From a cyanobacterium endosymbiont of Braarudosphaera bigelowii (GTDB lineage: Bacteria; Cyanobacteriota; Cyanobacteriia; Cyanobacteriales; Microcystaceae), in assembly GCF_020885515.1 (NCBI RefSeq), contig NZ_AP024987.1, positions 210,001 through 242,000 of the forward strand: 32,000 bases of DNA, read 5' to 3'. A model generated the notes under the pieces. The model ran no database searches. It saw nothing but the letters and a program-made list of their open reading frames with translations, and was not told where the DNA came from. Below are positions 19,608-30,016 of the stretch, in pieces. The first letter of the stretch is position 1. The number at the start of each line of letters is the position of its first letter. Both the position numbers and the translations under genes were made by a program.

Positions 19608-20705
19608 TTACACATTTTTAAAGCTATGTTGGTGTCTTGGTGGCCTTAAAGTCGCAGAACGATTGATAGGTCCCAAAATTTGATTAAGTTGACGCAATTG
19701 TTCAGGAGTACCCATGCAAATAAGTAAATCTCCTGCCATTAATTCTGTCTCTCCTGTCGGTCCACCTAATAATGCACCATCAGAACGCCGAATGGCTAAA
19801 ACTAATGAACCTGATTGAAGCCTAAGCCTTGCCTCACTCAAAGTTTGTCCCACACAGGGACAATATTTAGGATCAACAAGAAACTCTTCCATATAAAATG
19901 TGCGATCACTACCAGTTAGGATACCATCTACAAAATCCATAACTTGAGGCCTTAATGCAGCTGAAGCAAGTCTTTTTCCTCCCGTAATGTAAGGTGAAAC
20001 AACAGCATCAGCTCCAGCTCTTTGTAGTTTAAGAACTGCTTCTTCTGTACTAGCTCTAGCAATTGCTCTAATTTTTGGGTTTAAAGTTTTTGCAGAAAGT
20101 ACAGTATAAAGATTTTCTGCATCAGAGGTTAAGGCAGAGACTAAACATACAGCTTTCTCTATCTTGGCGTTTACTAGGCATTCATCAAGAGTAGCATCTC
20201 CTTGGATTACGACATAGCCTAATTGTTTTGCTTCTTCCACTTGTTCAGGTCGAGAATCAATAATAACAAAAGGAACTTCTTCTGCAGTAAACTCTAATGC
20301 AACTTGACGAGCAGTACGTCCATAGCCACAAACAATACAGTGATGTTCTAAAGTATCTATCAAACGCTTCTCCTGTCTTTGTCGAATTCCTTCCTGAAAA
20401 TAACCTTGAATTAAGGCTTCTGTTAAACGATTAACAATATAACCAATTGTAATAACCCCCATCGAAATAAGAACGATAGTAAAAAGTTTAGAATTATCAT
20501 CTAAAGGATGAACTTCTGAAAAGCCAACTGTTGAAAGGGTTATCATGGTCATATACGCTGCTTCTGTCAATGACCATCTCTCAATTAAGTAATACCAAAT
20601 TGTTCCAGAAAGAAAAACTCCTCCTAAAGCAAATGCCCCGCCAATTAATTCCTTCCGTAATCGTTGATATTTTTCTTTAAAAGAATATAAAGCCATAAGA
20701 AACAA
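19608..20705 (-). CDS. Two-TM potassium channel with RCK/TrkA-N and TrkA-C domains
   Basis: Pore segment AAYMTMITLSTVGFSEVHPL, HCIVCGYGRTARQVALEF Rossmann motif, and a C-terminal TrkA-C-like region. Confidence 0.9.
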   Translation of the reverse strand: MFLMALYSFKEKYQRLRKELIGGAFALGGVFLSGTIWYYLIERWSLTEAAYMTMITLSTVGFSEVHPLDDNSKLFTIVLISMGVITIGYIVNRLTEALIQGYFQEGIRQRQEKRLIDTLEHHCIVCGYGRTARQVALEFTAEEVPFVIIDSRPEQVEEAKQLGYVVIQGDATLDECLVNAKIEKAVCLVSALTSDAENLYTVLSAKTLNPKIRAIARASTEEAVLKLQRAGADAVVSPYITGGKRLASAALRPQVMDFVDGILTGSDRTFYMEEFLVDPKYCPCVGQTLSEARLRLQSGSLVLAIRRSDGALLGGPTGETELMAGDLLICMGTPEQLRQLNQILGPINRSATLRPPRHQHSFKNV

Positions 20706-20853
20706 CGAGAAATATAAACAGTTATTTCCGAAATATTTAATTAAATAATATTTAGAATAAAATTATCTAATATGTTAGTTTATCTCTCAAACAATTCTGA
20801 GAGTAGTAATAAGAACATCTATGTAGGGCTAAAATTATGACTATATATCAAGA

Positions 20854-23295
20854 TCAACTACGGAGAGTAACATTGAATTTCTCTACTAAAATTATACGAA
20901 TTCTATCGTGAGTAGCTTTTACATCTTTATCAGTTAATGTACGTTCATCAGAACGATAAAGTAAACTGAAAGCTAAATTTCTTTGTCCTTTCGGTACACT
21001 TTCTCCTCTATAATCATCAAACAATTCTATTCCTTTTAATAGGCCTCCTCCTACTTGTTTCATTTCTTTAATTAGTTCTGCCACAGAAATACCTAAAGAG
21101 ACAAAAAAAGCTAAGTCTAATTCTATAGGCGGATAAGAGGAATAAGAGTTAAATGTAGGTGTTAAAAGAATTTCTTTGTTAAGAGTCTGCAGTAGAACTT
21201 CAAAATTTAGCTCAAATCCATACACGGTATTAATTAAATCTAATTCCTGACATAACTGTGGATGTAACTGCCCAAATATTCCTAAAAATTGATTGTTTAG
21301 CCATAAAGAAGCTGTACGTCCCGGATGTAACCTTTTATCTTGCTCGTAGGCTTTGTATTCAACTACGATTTTAAATTTTTTAAAAATGCTATCTAAAATA
21401 CCTTTCGCTTCATACCAGGTCATAGGTACTAATTTCCCACTTGTTATCCAACGTCCTGCAGTAAGAAAGTTACCTCCCATGATGCCAGCTAAACTTTCTA
21501 ATTCTTTATTTTGGCCTTCAATATTATAAAAAATTTTGCCAATTTCAAATCCATTTAGAGATTTATTGCCTTGGGATTGGTTATAAGCGAACGTACTAAT
21601 TAAACCATCTAATAAATTATTTCTTAAAGCTGAATATTCTGTTAGTAAAGGATTTGCAAGAACTATATCAGCCTTTTCTGGCTTGACGAGAGAGTATTGT
21701 ACTAATTCATGTAACCCAGCAGAGCGAAATGCTTCTCTAAGCTTACGTTGAATATAATATTCTTGAGAAAGTTTTCCAGGCTCCGTTTTGTAAGGTAACT
21801 CATCACAAAAATTTCCATATCCATAGATACGAGCTATTTCTTCTATTAGATCAATCTCTCTATGCAAATCTCGATAACGATAGGATGGAATAGTGACTAA
21901 CCAAATGTTAGGTATGTTATTAGCTAAGCTTAAGTTACATCCTAAGTTGGTTAGAATATCATGTACTTCTTCCGAAGTTATAAAAGATTTCAGATCATTT
22001 TTCCAAACTGGTCCTAAAAGCTTATGAATACGTTCTAAACGTAAAGTTATTTGAGGAATATTAATCTGAGAACGATTATCGACTATATTTTGAGAAATTG
22101 GCACTCCTCCTGCTAATTCTTGAATTAGTTTAATAGCATTTTGACAAGCCACCTCCAATTCAAATTGATTAACCCCTCTTTCATATCTTATAGAAGCTTC
22201 GGTACGTAAGTTTTGACTTTTTGAAGAGTGACGAATAGTTACTTGATCAAATAAAGCAGTCTCTAGAAAAATATCTTTAGTTTGTTTATCAATTTCTGTT
22301 TCCTTTCCTCCCATGATTCCTGCTAGCGCAACAGGAATATTGTTAGAAGTAATTATTAAATTATTTCTATTTAACTTTTTGTTAGAACCATCTAGTGTCT
22401 CTAAAATCTCTTTATTGTTAGGAGAACGTACTCCAATAGTTAACTGAGTCTTATCTTCTGCATTTTTTTTTAATTTTTTTAAGTCAAAAGCATGCATAGG
22501 CTGGCCCCATTCCAGCAGGATTAAGTTAGTTATATCTACTATGTTGTTAATAGGATCAATTCCTGAAGCTCTAAGTTTTTGTTGTAACCACTGTGGGGAA
22601 GAAGTTACTGTTACATTTTCAATAATAGTTCCAATATAAATTGGACAGGCTTTAGTATCTTCAATTTCTATTTTTAAAGAATCATTGTTATGTTCAAAAA
22701 TAAAATTTTTGACAGTTCTAGGAAAAGTAACTATATTTCCTGTCAAAGATGCTACTTCCCTAGCAATTCCTACCATACTCATTGCATCAGGACGATTAGC
22801 GGTAGGCATAATGCTTAAGATAGTATCGTCTAAACCTAATAAAGAAGAAACATTTTGCCCTATTTTTATAGTATCTTCTTCAAAAATATGAATTTCAGAC
22901 GATTCTTTAGATAGTCCAATTTCCGATAAGGAACAAATCATACCTTCTGATTTAATTCCTTGTAATTCTATCGGTTGAATTTTTAAATCCATCTTAGGTA
23001 AATATGTTCCTAACGTAGCAACAGGGACATATTTACCAATCTCTACATTGGGCGCGCCACATATAATGTTCAGTAAACTTTCTGTCCCAATATCAACTTT
23101 GCAGATATTTAATTTTTGAGTATTCGGATGAGGTTGGCAATCTTTAATTAAACCAACTACAATTCCATTAGCCCATTCCTGACGGTCTTCACATTCATCT
23201 ACCTCTAAACCTACAACTGTTAAGATATCAGCTAATTCTTCATGGGAAAAATTAAAATTTATTAGTTCCCGCAACCACTTAACGGATATTTTCAT
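20854..23295 (-). CDS. pheT: Phenylalanine--tRNA ligase beta subunit
   Basis: MKISVKWLRELINF, IMPTANRPDAMSMVGIAREVASL, and C-terminal anticodon-binding fold (DRYGES-like DDYRGESVPKGQRNLAFSLLYRSDERTLTDKDV); 813 aa. Confidence 0.96.
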   Translation of the reverse strand: MKISVKWLRELINFNFSHEELADILTVVGLEVDECEDRQEWANGIVVGLIKDCQPHPNTQKLNICKVDIGTESLLNIICGAPNVEIGKYVPVATLGTYLPKMDLKIQPIELQGIKSEGMICSLSEIGLSKESSEIHIFEEDTIKIGQNVSSLLGLDDTILSIMPTANRPDAMSMVGIAREVASLTGNIVTFPRTVKNFIFEHNNDSLKIEIEDTKACPIYIGTIIENVTVTSSPQWLQQKLRASGIDPINNIVDITNLILLEWGQPMHAFDLKKLKKNAEDKTQLTIGVRSPNNKEILETLDGSNKKLNRNNLIITSNNIPVALAGIMGGKETEIDKQTKDIFLETALFDQVTIRHSSKSQNLRTEASIRYERGVNQFELEVACQNAIKLIQELAGGVPISQNIVDNRSQINIPQITLRLERIHKLLGPVWKNDLKSFITSEEVHDILTNLGCNLSLANNIPNIWLVTIPSYRYRDLHREIDLIEEIARIYGYGNFCDELPYKTEPGKLSQEYYIQRKLREAFRSAGLHELVQYSLVKPEKADIVLANPLLTEYSALRNNLLDGLISTFAYNQSQGNKSLNGFEIGKIFYNIEGQNKELESLAGIMGGNFLTAGRWITSGKLVPMTWYEAKGILDSIFKKFKIVVEYKAYEQDKRLHPGRTASLWLNNQFLGIFGQLHPQLCQELDLINTVYGFELNFEVLLQTLNKEILLTPTFNSYSSYPPIELDLAFFVSLGISVAELIKEMKQVGGGLLKGIELFDDYRGESVPKGQRNLAFSLLYRSDERTLTDKDVKATHDRIRIILVEKFNVTLRS

Positions 23296-23429
23296 AATTT
23301 ATTTTATTATCGTAATAAATTCAAACTCTAGTCTATCAAACAATCATATTGCTTGTTCGATATTCCTTTCCAGTATGTAAGACCTATTATTTTCTTTTAA
23401 TTTAATAAATATTAATTACTTCAAATTAA

Positions 23430-23470
23430 ATATCATTAACTTAAATAATATATTTCTAAGTTAATGATAT
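23430..23470. terminator. Inverted repeat between the rRNA methyltransferase gene and pheT
   Basis: 14-bp perfect arms: ATATCATTAACTTA (23430-23443) / TAAGTTAATGATAT (23457-23470), downstream of the minus-strand methyltransferase stop. Confidence 0.45.
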
Positions 23471-23527
23471 ATCTAAGATAGATTTAAAAATAAACTAAAC
23501 ATATATTTAGCTAAGTTTAAAATTTAT

Positions 23528-24313
23528 TTATATTAGGGATTTTTGTCTTTTAGCCTCATATAGAATCAAAGCTGTAGTAATTGCTACATTTAACGATTCT
23601 ACACTTTGTTCTAATGGAACTTTTATTATTTTATCTACCATATTAACTAAAGTTTGCGATAATCCAGAACCTTCATTACCTAATAAAATTATCGTAGGTT
23701 GAGTCAGATTTAAGTTCCAATAAGTTTCTTTAGCGCTTGGCGAAGTTGCAACTATATTTACACCTTGATGTTTATAGTTCATAACTATATCTTTTAAATT
23801 AGATGTAACTACCAAAGGTGCTTTAAACCAAGCACCAGCGGAAGCTCTTATGACTTTTGGATTATCAATATTTACACTATCGTTACTGAGCCAAATACTG
23901 TCAACATTTGTAGCAACAGCTGTACGAATGATAGTTCCTAAATTTCCTGGATCTTGTAATCTCTCTAAAATCAAGCCTAATTTCAGACTAGAAATTTTAG
24001 TTTGGTGGAAAGGTTTGAATAGTGCTGTAGCTATTACTCCATCAGGATTTATAGTAGTTGTAATACTTTTCAATACTTCTGGCGAAACAATTTCATAGCG
24101 TTCTGTAAGTCTAGAGGCTGTTTTCCACAACTCAAAATTTTGTATTTTCCACTTTTCAGTAGAAAGTAAGCTCACCAGGGAACAATTTTTTTCACAAGCT
24201 GTCATAAGCAGATGAGTTCCCTCGAAAAAAAATATTCCTTTTTCTCTTCGTTTCTTTACATTATGTAGTTCACGAATTTGCTTAATTAAGGGATTTTTAG
24301 TACTTGTAATCAT
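23528..24313 (-). CDS. SpoU/TrmH-family RNA methyltransferase
   Basis: MITSTKNPLIKQIRELHNVKKRREKGIFFFEGTHLL, LILERLQDPGNLGTIIRTA, IILLGNEGSGLS, and VPLEQSVESLNVAITTALILYE. Confidence 0.93.
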   Translation of the reverse strand: MITSTKNPLIKQIRELHNVKKRREKGIFFFEGTHLLMTACEKNCSLVSLLSTEKWKIQNFELWKTASRLTERYEIVSPEVLKSITTTINPDGVIATALFKPFHQTKISSLKLGLILERLQDPGNLGTIIRTAVATNVDSIWLSNDSVNIDNPKVIRASAGAWFKAPLVVTSNLKDIVMNYKHQGVNIVATSPSAKETYWNLNLTQPTIILLGNEGSGLSQTLVNMVDKIIKVPLEQSVESLNVAITTALILYEAKRQKSLI

Positions 24314-24645
24314 TAAAGATATGAAAAATATTGGTTTGACTTTATACTAGATTTGTATTTAACTACAAAAATTTAATAGGTGCTAAAAATTTAATCTAGT
24401 TATCTAATAATTTTATTGGTTTTATGTAGTAATATTTACTATCTGATTAATCTTTGTTATGGACTAAGGACCAATTCTAGTTTTACTTTTCTATCTAAAA
24501 GCTAAATCCTATCTATGGGAATATTAACTTTTCAGAGTTTTTTGAACCAATGAAATTATACTGAGGATAATTTTAGAACCAGTACTAATTTTTTTTATAG
24601 TATAAAAAAATGTAGTTATACAGCTTGATTGCGTATCAAAATTTT

Positions 24646-25977
24646 ATGACATCTTATATAGAAAAACAACAATCAGCTTTGGAAATCCAAGGTCAAAACT
24701 CTCTGAATGGCCAAGTTCGTGTAAGTGGTGCCAAAAATTCAGCTTTAGTTTTAATGGCCGGCTCGATTCTTTGCTCCGAGGATTGTCGTCTTAATAATAT
24801 TCCTGCTTTGGTTGATATTGATCGTATGTCTCAAATTCTTACAGCCATTGGAGTAAAACTTAAAAAAGATGGAGATAGTATAGAGATCAATGCCCAAAAT
24901 ATAGGACAAAACAAAGCACCCTACGAATTAGTATCGCAACTTCGAGCTAGTTTTTTTGTAATTGGTCCTTTGTTAGCAAGACTAGGTAAGACTCGTGTTC
25001 CTTTGCCAGGAGGTTGCGCTATAGGTGCTAGGCCTGTAGATCTCCATGTACGAGGATTACAGGCTATGGGAGCGGATGTTCGGATCGAGCATGGGGTAGT
25101 TCATGCTTGTATTAGAAATAACAATAAAAAACTACAGGGAGCTAAAATATATTTAGATTATCCCAGTGTTGGCGCAACAGAAACAATTATGATGGCTGCA
25201 ACTTTAGCAGAGGGAGAAACTACGATTGAGAATTGTGCACAGGAACCTGAAATTAGCGATTTAGCAAATTTTTGCCGTTCTATGGGAGCAAAAATAAGAG
25301 GTGATGGAACTAAACGAATTATCATATCGGGAGTAGACTATCTTCATAGTACTGAATATTGTGTAATTCCTGATCGTATCGAAGCAGGAACATTACTTAT
25401 AGCAGGAGCCATTACTCAATCAGAGATCAGCTTATATCCTGTCTTTCCTGAACATTTAGCTTCTATTATCGCTAAGTTAAAAGAAGTTGGTCCCAGAGTC
25501 GTTGTTGAAGGAACAGACTCTGTAAGGTTAGTTCCTTGTCCTTTAAAAGCTACTAATTTGAAAACTCTTCCTTTTCCAGGCTTCCCTACAGATATGCAAG
25601 CTCAATTTATGGCTTTGCTTTGTGTTAGCGAAGGAAGTTCTGTAATTACAGAAACTGTCTTTGAAAATCGTCTACGTCATATAGCAGAGCTACAGCGTAT
25701 GGGAGCAGATATCCGAGTTGAAGGTAATATTGCTGTAGTTCAAGGAGTATCTTTCTTGTCTGGTGCTCCTGTCATGGCTACGGATTTACGAGCCTCTGCT
25801 GCTCTTGTCTTGGCTGGATTAGCCGCTCATGGAAAAACAACTATACAAGGACTACATCATCTTGATCGTGGATATGACAATTTGGAAGGTAAACTACGTA
25901 AGTTAGGAGCGAATTTACGTAGAGTTAACATTTCTTGTGATGAAAAAAGTACAGCAGAGCACTCTGTTCAGTTTTAA
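24646..25977 (+). CDS. murA: UDP-N-acetylglucosamine 1-carboxyvinyltransferase
   Basis: [40 protein letters not shown] with catalytic Cys, and [19 protein letters not shown]. The track start is TTG 24625; ATG 24646 is an alternative start. Confidence 0.95.
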   Translation: MTSYIEKQQSALEIQGQNSLNGQVRVSGAKNSALVLMAGSILCSEDCRLNNIPALVDIDRMSQILTAIGVKLKKDGDSIEINAQNIGQNKAPYELVSQLRASFFVIGPLLARLGKTRVPLPGGCAIGARPVDLHVRGLQAMGADVRIEHGVVHACIRNNNKKLQGAKIYLDYPSVGATETIMMAATLAEGETTIENCAQEPEISDLANFCRSMGAKIRGDGTKRIIISGVDYLHSTEYCVIPDRIEAGTLLIAGAITQSEISLYPVFPEHLASIIAKLKEVGPRVVVEGTDSVRLVPCPLKATNLKTLPFPGFPTDMQAQFMALLCVSEGSSVITETVFENRLRHIAELQRMGADIRVEGNIAVVQGVSFLSGAPVMATDLRASAALVLAGLAAHGKTTIQGLHHLDRGYDNLEGKLRKLGANLRRVNISCDEKSTAEHSVQF

Positions 25978-26623
25978 AATTTATTCTTTTAATCATCTAA
26001 TGACAAGAGCATATAAACATCAAAATAGTTAGACTTATTTTTTATAGGTTTACTAAATTTAGATAACAAAAATACACTCAATCAATTTACTAGATTACGT
26101 ATATCTTAAAAGTAGATATCCCTATAAATTTAATCGTATTAACTTAACAGTTAATATTTATACTTAAGATTAGTTTTAAAAATTTCTAGCATACTTTAAG
26201 CCTACATATATTTATACCAAAAATGTACATAAAGAAGCTTTTAATCAAACAAAGTCTAGGAATATAAAATTAAGATCGATTAACTTTTTAATAAACAAGT
26301 TCTTATCTATTTACTTGATTATTTAGAATCTTATGATTTATTGATAAAAAACTATTTTATTAAAGGTAATTTTTTTAAAATTTTATAAATTAAAGATATC
26401 TAAATAAATGAACAACAACATTGAAGATAAGGCTGATTAAGCCTACGTATATATATAAATATTTGACTTAATTGTAGTTTAGTTTAGAAACTTATTATTT
26501 TTAATTTTTAATTTTTAATTAATATTCGATTATTTTTTTATTCCCTGACTAGCCATTTACCGATAATATAAGTAATACTAAAAAAACTTAGTAATAAATT
26601 TAGATTTTAGGAGATGGTAAATT

Positions 26624-26672
26624 CCGCCCCATTTCCTACTCATCACAGTCATTCTGATGAGGTATTTAGCGG
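26624..26672 (+). promoter_or_regulatory. Candidate structured 5' leader of acpP
   Basis: Hairpin CTCATCA (26639-26645) / TGATGAG (26655-26661), enclosed by CCGC (26624-26627) / GCGG (26669-26672), ending about 16 nt before the acpP ATG. Confidence 0.4.
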
Positions 26673-26688
26673 TTAATAGTAAAAATTA

Positions 26689-26937
26689 ATGAACCAAGAA
26701 ATATTTGAAAAAGTAAAAGTTATTGTTATCGATAAACTTGAAGTAAAAGAAGAACAAGTTACACTTGAAGCAAATTTCGCTAATGACTTAAGTGCTGATT
26801 CTTTGGATACAGTAGAACTAGTAATGGCTTTAGAAGATGAATTCGATATCGAAATTCCTGATGACGATGCCGAAAACATTAGCACTGTAAAAGCAGCTGT
26901 TGACTATATCGAGCAGGCTAAAGGTAAGGATTTATAG
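26689..26937 (+). CDS. acpP: Acyl carrier protein
   Basis: 82 aa; [35 protein letters not shown] with phosphopantetheine Ser. Confidence 0.97.
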   Translation: MNQEIFEKVKVIVIDKLEVKEEQVTLEANFANDLSADSLDTVELVMALEDEFDIEIPDDDAENISTVKAAVDYIEQAKGKDL

Positions 26938-27014
26938 TAACAGTAGTTTAAATTCTTCTATTACCTCTCCTAGCTATGATATGAGCTAAATTAGATTTTT
27001 AATAAGCGATAATC

Positions 27015-28274
27015 ATGACAAATTTACATTTAAAGAAAGTAGTTATAACAGGATTGGGTGCAATTACTCCTATTGGCAATAATCTCAATGAATATTGGAA
27101 TAGTCTAATGATTGGACGTAGTGGAGTCACCAAAATTAGCTATTTCGATCCTCAGTACCATGTTTGTCGCATTGCAGGAGAGGTTAAAGATTTTAACCCT
27201 TATGATTATTTAGATCGTAAAGATGTGAAGCGTATGGATCGTTTTTGTCAATTTGGAGTATCGGCTAGTTTACAAGCCTTAGCTGATTCACAATTGGTTA
27301 TCAATGAAGTTAATGCTGATCAAATAGGAATTATTATTGGTACCGGAATAGGTGGGGTAAAAGTTCTCGAAGATCAACAAGAAATTTACTTGAATCGTGG
27401 TCCTAGCCGTTGTAGCCCTTTTACGATTCCTACAATGATTGGCAATATGGCTTCTGGGCTTACAGCCATTTATACAGGAGCTAAAGGTCCCAATACATGT
27501 ACTGTGACAGCCTGTGCTGCTGGTTCTCACGCTATTGGTGATGCTTTTCGTCTCATACAACAAGGTTATGCTAAAGCAATGATCTGTGGTGGAGCAGAAG
27601 CAGCGATTACTCCTTTATCGTTGGCAGGATTTGGTTCTGCAAAAGCCTTATCTACCAGAAACGATACCCCTGAAGAAGCTAGTCGTCCTTTTGATAGAGA
27701 TCGAGATGGATTTGTTATGGGCGAGGGTTCGGGAATTTTAATACTTGAAGAATTAGAACATGCCCTTAAAAGAAAAGCTAAAATTTATGGAGAAATTGTC
27801 GGTTATGGTATGACATGTGATGCCTATCATATGACTGCACCCGCGCCTGATGGAGATGGTGCATCTCGAGCTATTAAACTTGCCTTACAGAATGGTAGTA
27901 TTAGTCCTGAACAAGTAGGCTATATTAACGCACATGGTACAAGTACCACAGCAAATGACATTATAGAAACAAAAGCAATCAAAAAAATTTTTAACGACCA
28001 TGCTTATAATATTCCTGTAAGTTCGACTAAGTCAATGACAGGACACTTATTAGGTGGTTCAGGAGGAATTGAGGCAGTAGCAACAGTTATGGCAATCGCT
28101 AAACAAAAAATTCCTCCTACGATTAATTTGGATAATCCAGATATTGAATGTGATCTTGATTATGTCCCTACAAAAAGTCGTTCTCTAAAATTAGATATTG
28201 CACTATCTAATTCTTTTGGTTTCGGAGGACATAATGTTACACTGGCATTCAGAAAGTATAGTAAGAATGAATAG
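27015..28274 (+). CDS. fabF: 3-oxoacyl-[acyl-carrier-protein] synthase II
   Basis: VVITGLGAITPIGNN, NTCTVTACAAGSHAIGDAF active-site Cys, VGYINAHGTSTTAND, and NSFGFGGHNVTL; adjacent to acpP. Confidence 0.97.
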   Translation: MTNLHLKKVVITGLGAITPIGNNLNEYWNSLMIGRSGVTKISYFDPQYHVCRIAGEVKDFNPYDYLDRKDVKRMDRFCQFGVSASLQALADSQLVINEVNADQIGIIIGTGIGGVKVLEDQQEIYLNRGPSRCSPFTIPTMIGNMASGLTAIYTGAKGPNTCTVTACAAGSHAIGDAFRLIQQGYAKAMICGGAEAAITPLSLAGFGSAKALSTRNDTPEEASRPFDRDRDGFVMGEGSGILILEELEHALKRKAKIYGEIVGYGMTCDAYHMTAPAPDGDGASRAIKLALQNGSISPEQVGYINAHGTSTTANDIIETKAIKKIFNDHAYNIPVSSTKSMTGHLLGGSGGIEAVATVMAIAKQKIPPTINLDNPDIECDLDYVPTKSRSLKLDIALSNSFGFGGHNVTLAFRKYSKNE

Positions 28275-28302
28275 TTAATATTTAAAATGTTTTTTAGAAG
28301 AA

Positions 28303-28334
28303 AATAAAGCTTAGCTAGTTAGTTAAGCTTTATT
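28303..28334 (+). terminator. Stem-loop terminator candidate after fabF
   Basis: 11-bp arms AATAAAGCTTA (28303-28313) / TAAGCTTTATT (28324-28334), 29 bp downstream of the fabF stop. Confidence 0.5.
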
Positions 28335-28453
28335 ATGTTTATTAGCTAAATTTTAGCTTTAATTATCTACAACATAGATAAATGAGGCTTTGTATATTTT
28401 TTAAGCCATATTTAAGATGGGTTAAAATAAACTTGTAATATTATTTTAAATTT

Positions 28454-29458
28454 ATGAAAATAACTTCTAATACATTAGAAACGGAGCTAAAATTACTCCA
28501 AGAAGAAGCTTTGCATGAAATATCCTCTATTATCAAACTAAAAGATCTGGAACAACTTCGAGTCTACTATTTAGGTAAAAAAGGAAAATTATCTCAGATC
28601 TTAAGAGGGATGAGTAAACTCGACCCTTTAAAAAGACCTTATGTCGGCTCATTTGCAAATAAAGTTAAAGATATTGTGCAAAAGCAATTAGACAAAAAAC
28701 TCTACGATTTAAGTTCTACTGAGTTAAAAGCTAAAATTCTTTCAGAAACTTTAGATGTTACAATGCCCAGCGAAAGTCGTCCTATAGGTAATATTCATCC
28801 ATTAAATAACACCACAGATAAGATATTAGACATTTTCATAGGATTAGGTTATCAAATTTCTACAGGACCTCATATCGAAACAGATTATTATAATTTTGAG
28901 GCTTTAAACATACCTCCTGATCATCCAGCTCGAGATATGCAAGATACATTTTTTTTAACAAATGGTGACCTAATGAGAACTCATACATCGCCTGTACAAA
29001 TCCATTATATGGAAAATAACACTCCACCTATCCGAATAGTTGCGCCAGGTAGAGTATATCGTAGAGATACTGTAGATTCAACTCACTCTGCCGTATTTCA
29101 CCAAATAGAAATTTTGGCAGTTGATAAAGGATTAACATTTACAAACCTAAAAGGAACTGTTAGAGAGTTTCTACACCAAATTTTTGGAGAAGATTTGCCA
29201 ATCAAATTTCGTGCTAGTTATTTTCCTTTTACTGAGCCTTCCATAGAGGTAGATGTTCAGTGGAAAGGAAAATGGCTAGAAATTATGGGGTGTGGAATGG
29301 TAGATCCAAATGTTTTACAAGCAGTAGGATATGATCCAGAAATTTATACTGGTTTTGCAGCTGGATTGGGAGTTGAGAGATTTGCTATGGTACTACATAA
29401 AATTGACGACATTCGACGTTTTTATACTAATGATTTACGCTTTTTAGAACAATTCTAA
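28454..29458 (+). CDS. pheS: Phenylalanine--tRNA ligase alpha subunit
   Basis: [70 protein letters not shown], and [28 protein letters not shown]. Confidence 0.97.
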   Translation: MKITSNTLETELKLLQEEALHEISSIIKLKDLEQLRVYYLGKKGKLSQILRGMSKLDPLKRPYVGSFANKVKDIVQKQLDKKLYDLSSTELKAKILSETLDVTMPSESRPIGNIHPLNNTTDKILDIFIGLGYQISTGPHIETDYYNFEALNIPPDHPARDMQDTFFLTNGDLMRTHTSPVQIHYMENNTPPIRIVAPGRVYRRDTVDSTHSAVFHQIEILAVDKGLTFTNLKGTVREFLHQIFGEDLPIKFRASYFPFTEPSIEVDVQWKGKWLEIMGCGMVDPNVLQAVGYDPEIYTGFAAGLGVERFAMVLHKIDDIRRFYTNDLRFLEQF

Positions 29459-29560
29459 TTTTTAAAGTATCTTCTGATCCTTAAAAATAGATTAAATATT
29501 AATCATTATTAAAATCAATCAAAAAATACTTTTGAGCATTAATATGTTAACAACTGATTT

Positions 29561-29932
29561 TTAATCTTGAATATATTCTATTTCTTGCGTCAAAGCTATT
29601 TCAGCTTTCATAAATTCTCGACCAAGATAAGCAGCGTGATCTAACATAGTAATAAGACAATTGTCATTATTTTCAATAATTTTAATACATAATTCTTTTG
29701 CACTACGTGCTGTGAAGATTTGATTAGCGCTACGAGTTACTTTATTTCTTACGGAAATAACTTCTCCATTTTCTGGATCAACTGCCAATCCTTTATCGTT
29801 AATTATATTCGTAAAATATTTAGCACAAATCAAATTTTGATTGCGATCAATATAAATTATAAAATACCCTTTGGGATCAAGACTTATATAACGTTTAGAA
29901 AGTTTCTCATCAAGTTGTTTAATTGTTTTCAT
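29561..29932 (-). CDS. DUF4346 family cyanobacterial protein
   Basis: 123 aa; ISLDPKGYFIIYIDRNQNLICAKYFTNIINDKGLAVDPENGEVI ... TARSAKELCIKI ... LDHAAYLGREFMKAEIAL. Confidence 0.7.
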   Translation of the reverse strand: MKTIKQLDEKLSKRYISLDPKGYFIIYIDRNQNLICAKYFTNIINDKGLAVDPENGEVISVRNKVTRSANQIFTARSAKELCIKIIENNDNCLITMLDHAAYLGREFMKAEIALTQEIEYIQD

Positions 29933-30016
29933 TGATCTATTCTATTTATAATATTTTCTATTGAAGTCGGATATATTTAGAATTTAAGCAATAGTTTTTA
30001 TAAAATAAATTCTATT

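Noticed and set aside
22685-22891. Plus-strand ORF inside pheT
   Set aside because: Antisense shadow ORF with no recognisable domain.
23850-24098. Plus-strand ORF inside the rRNA methyltransferase gene
   Set aside because: Antisense shadow ORF.
26496-26520. Short ATTTTTAATTTTTAATTTTTAATT tandem tract
   Set aside because: Simple AT-rich repeat of about four short units; likely replication slippage in the spacer.
26673-26885. Minus-strand ORF over acpP
   Set aside because: Ser/Ile-rich antisense of the acidic AcpP coding sequence.
27288-27563. Minus-strand ORF inside fabF
   Set aside because: Antisense shadow ORF.
29720-29935. Plus-strand ORF antisense to the DUF4346 gene
   Set aside because: No domain, and it overlaps a recognisable conserved protein.
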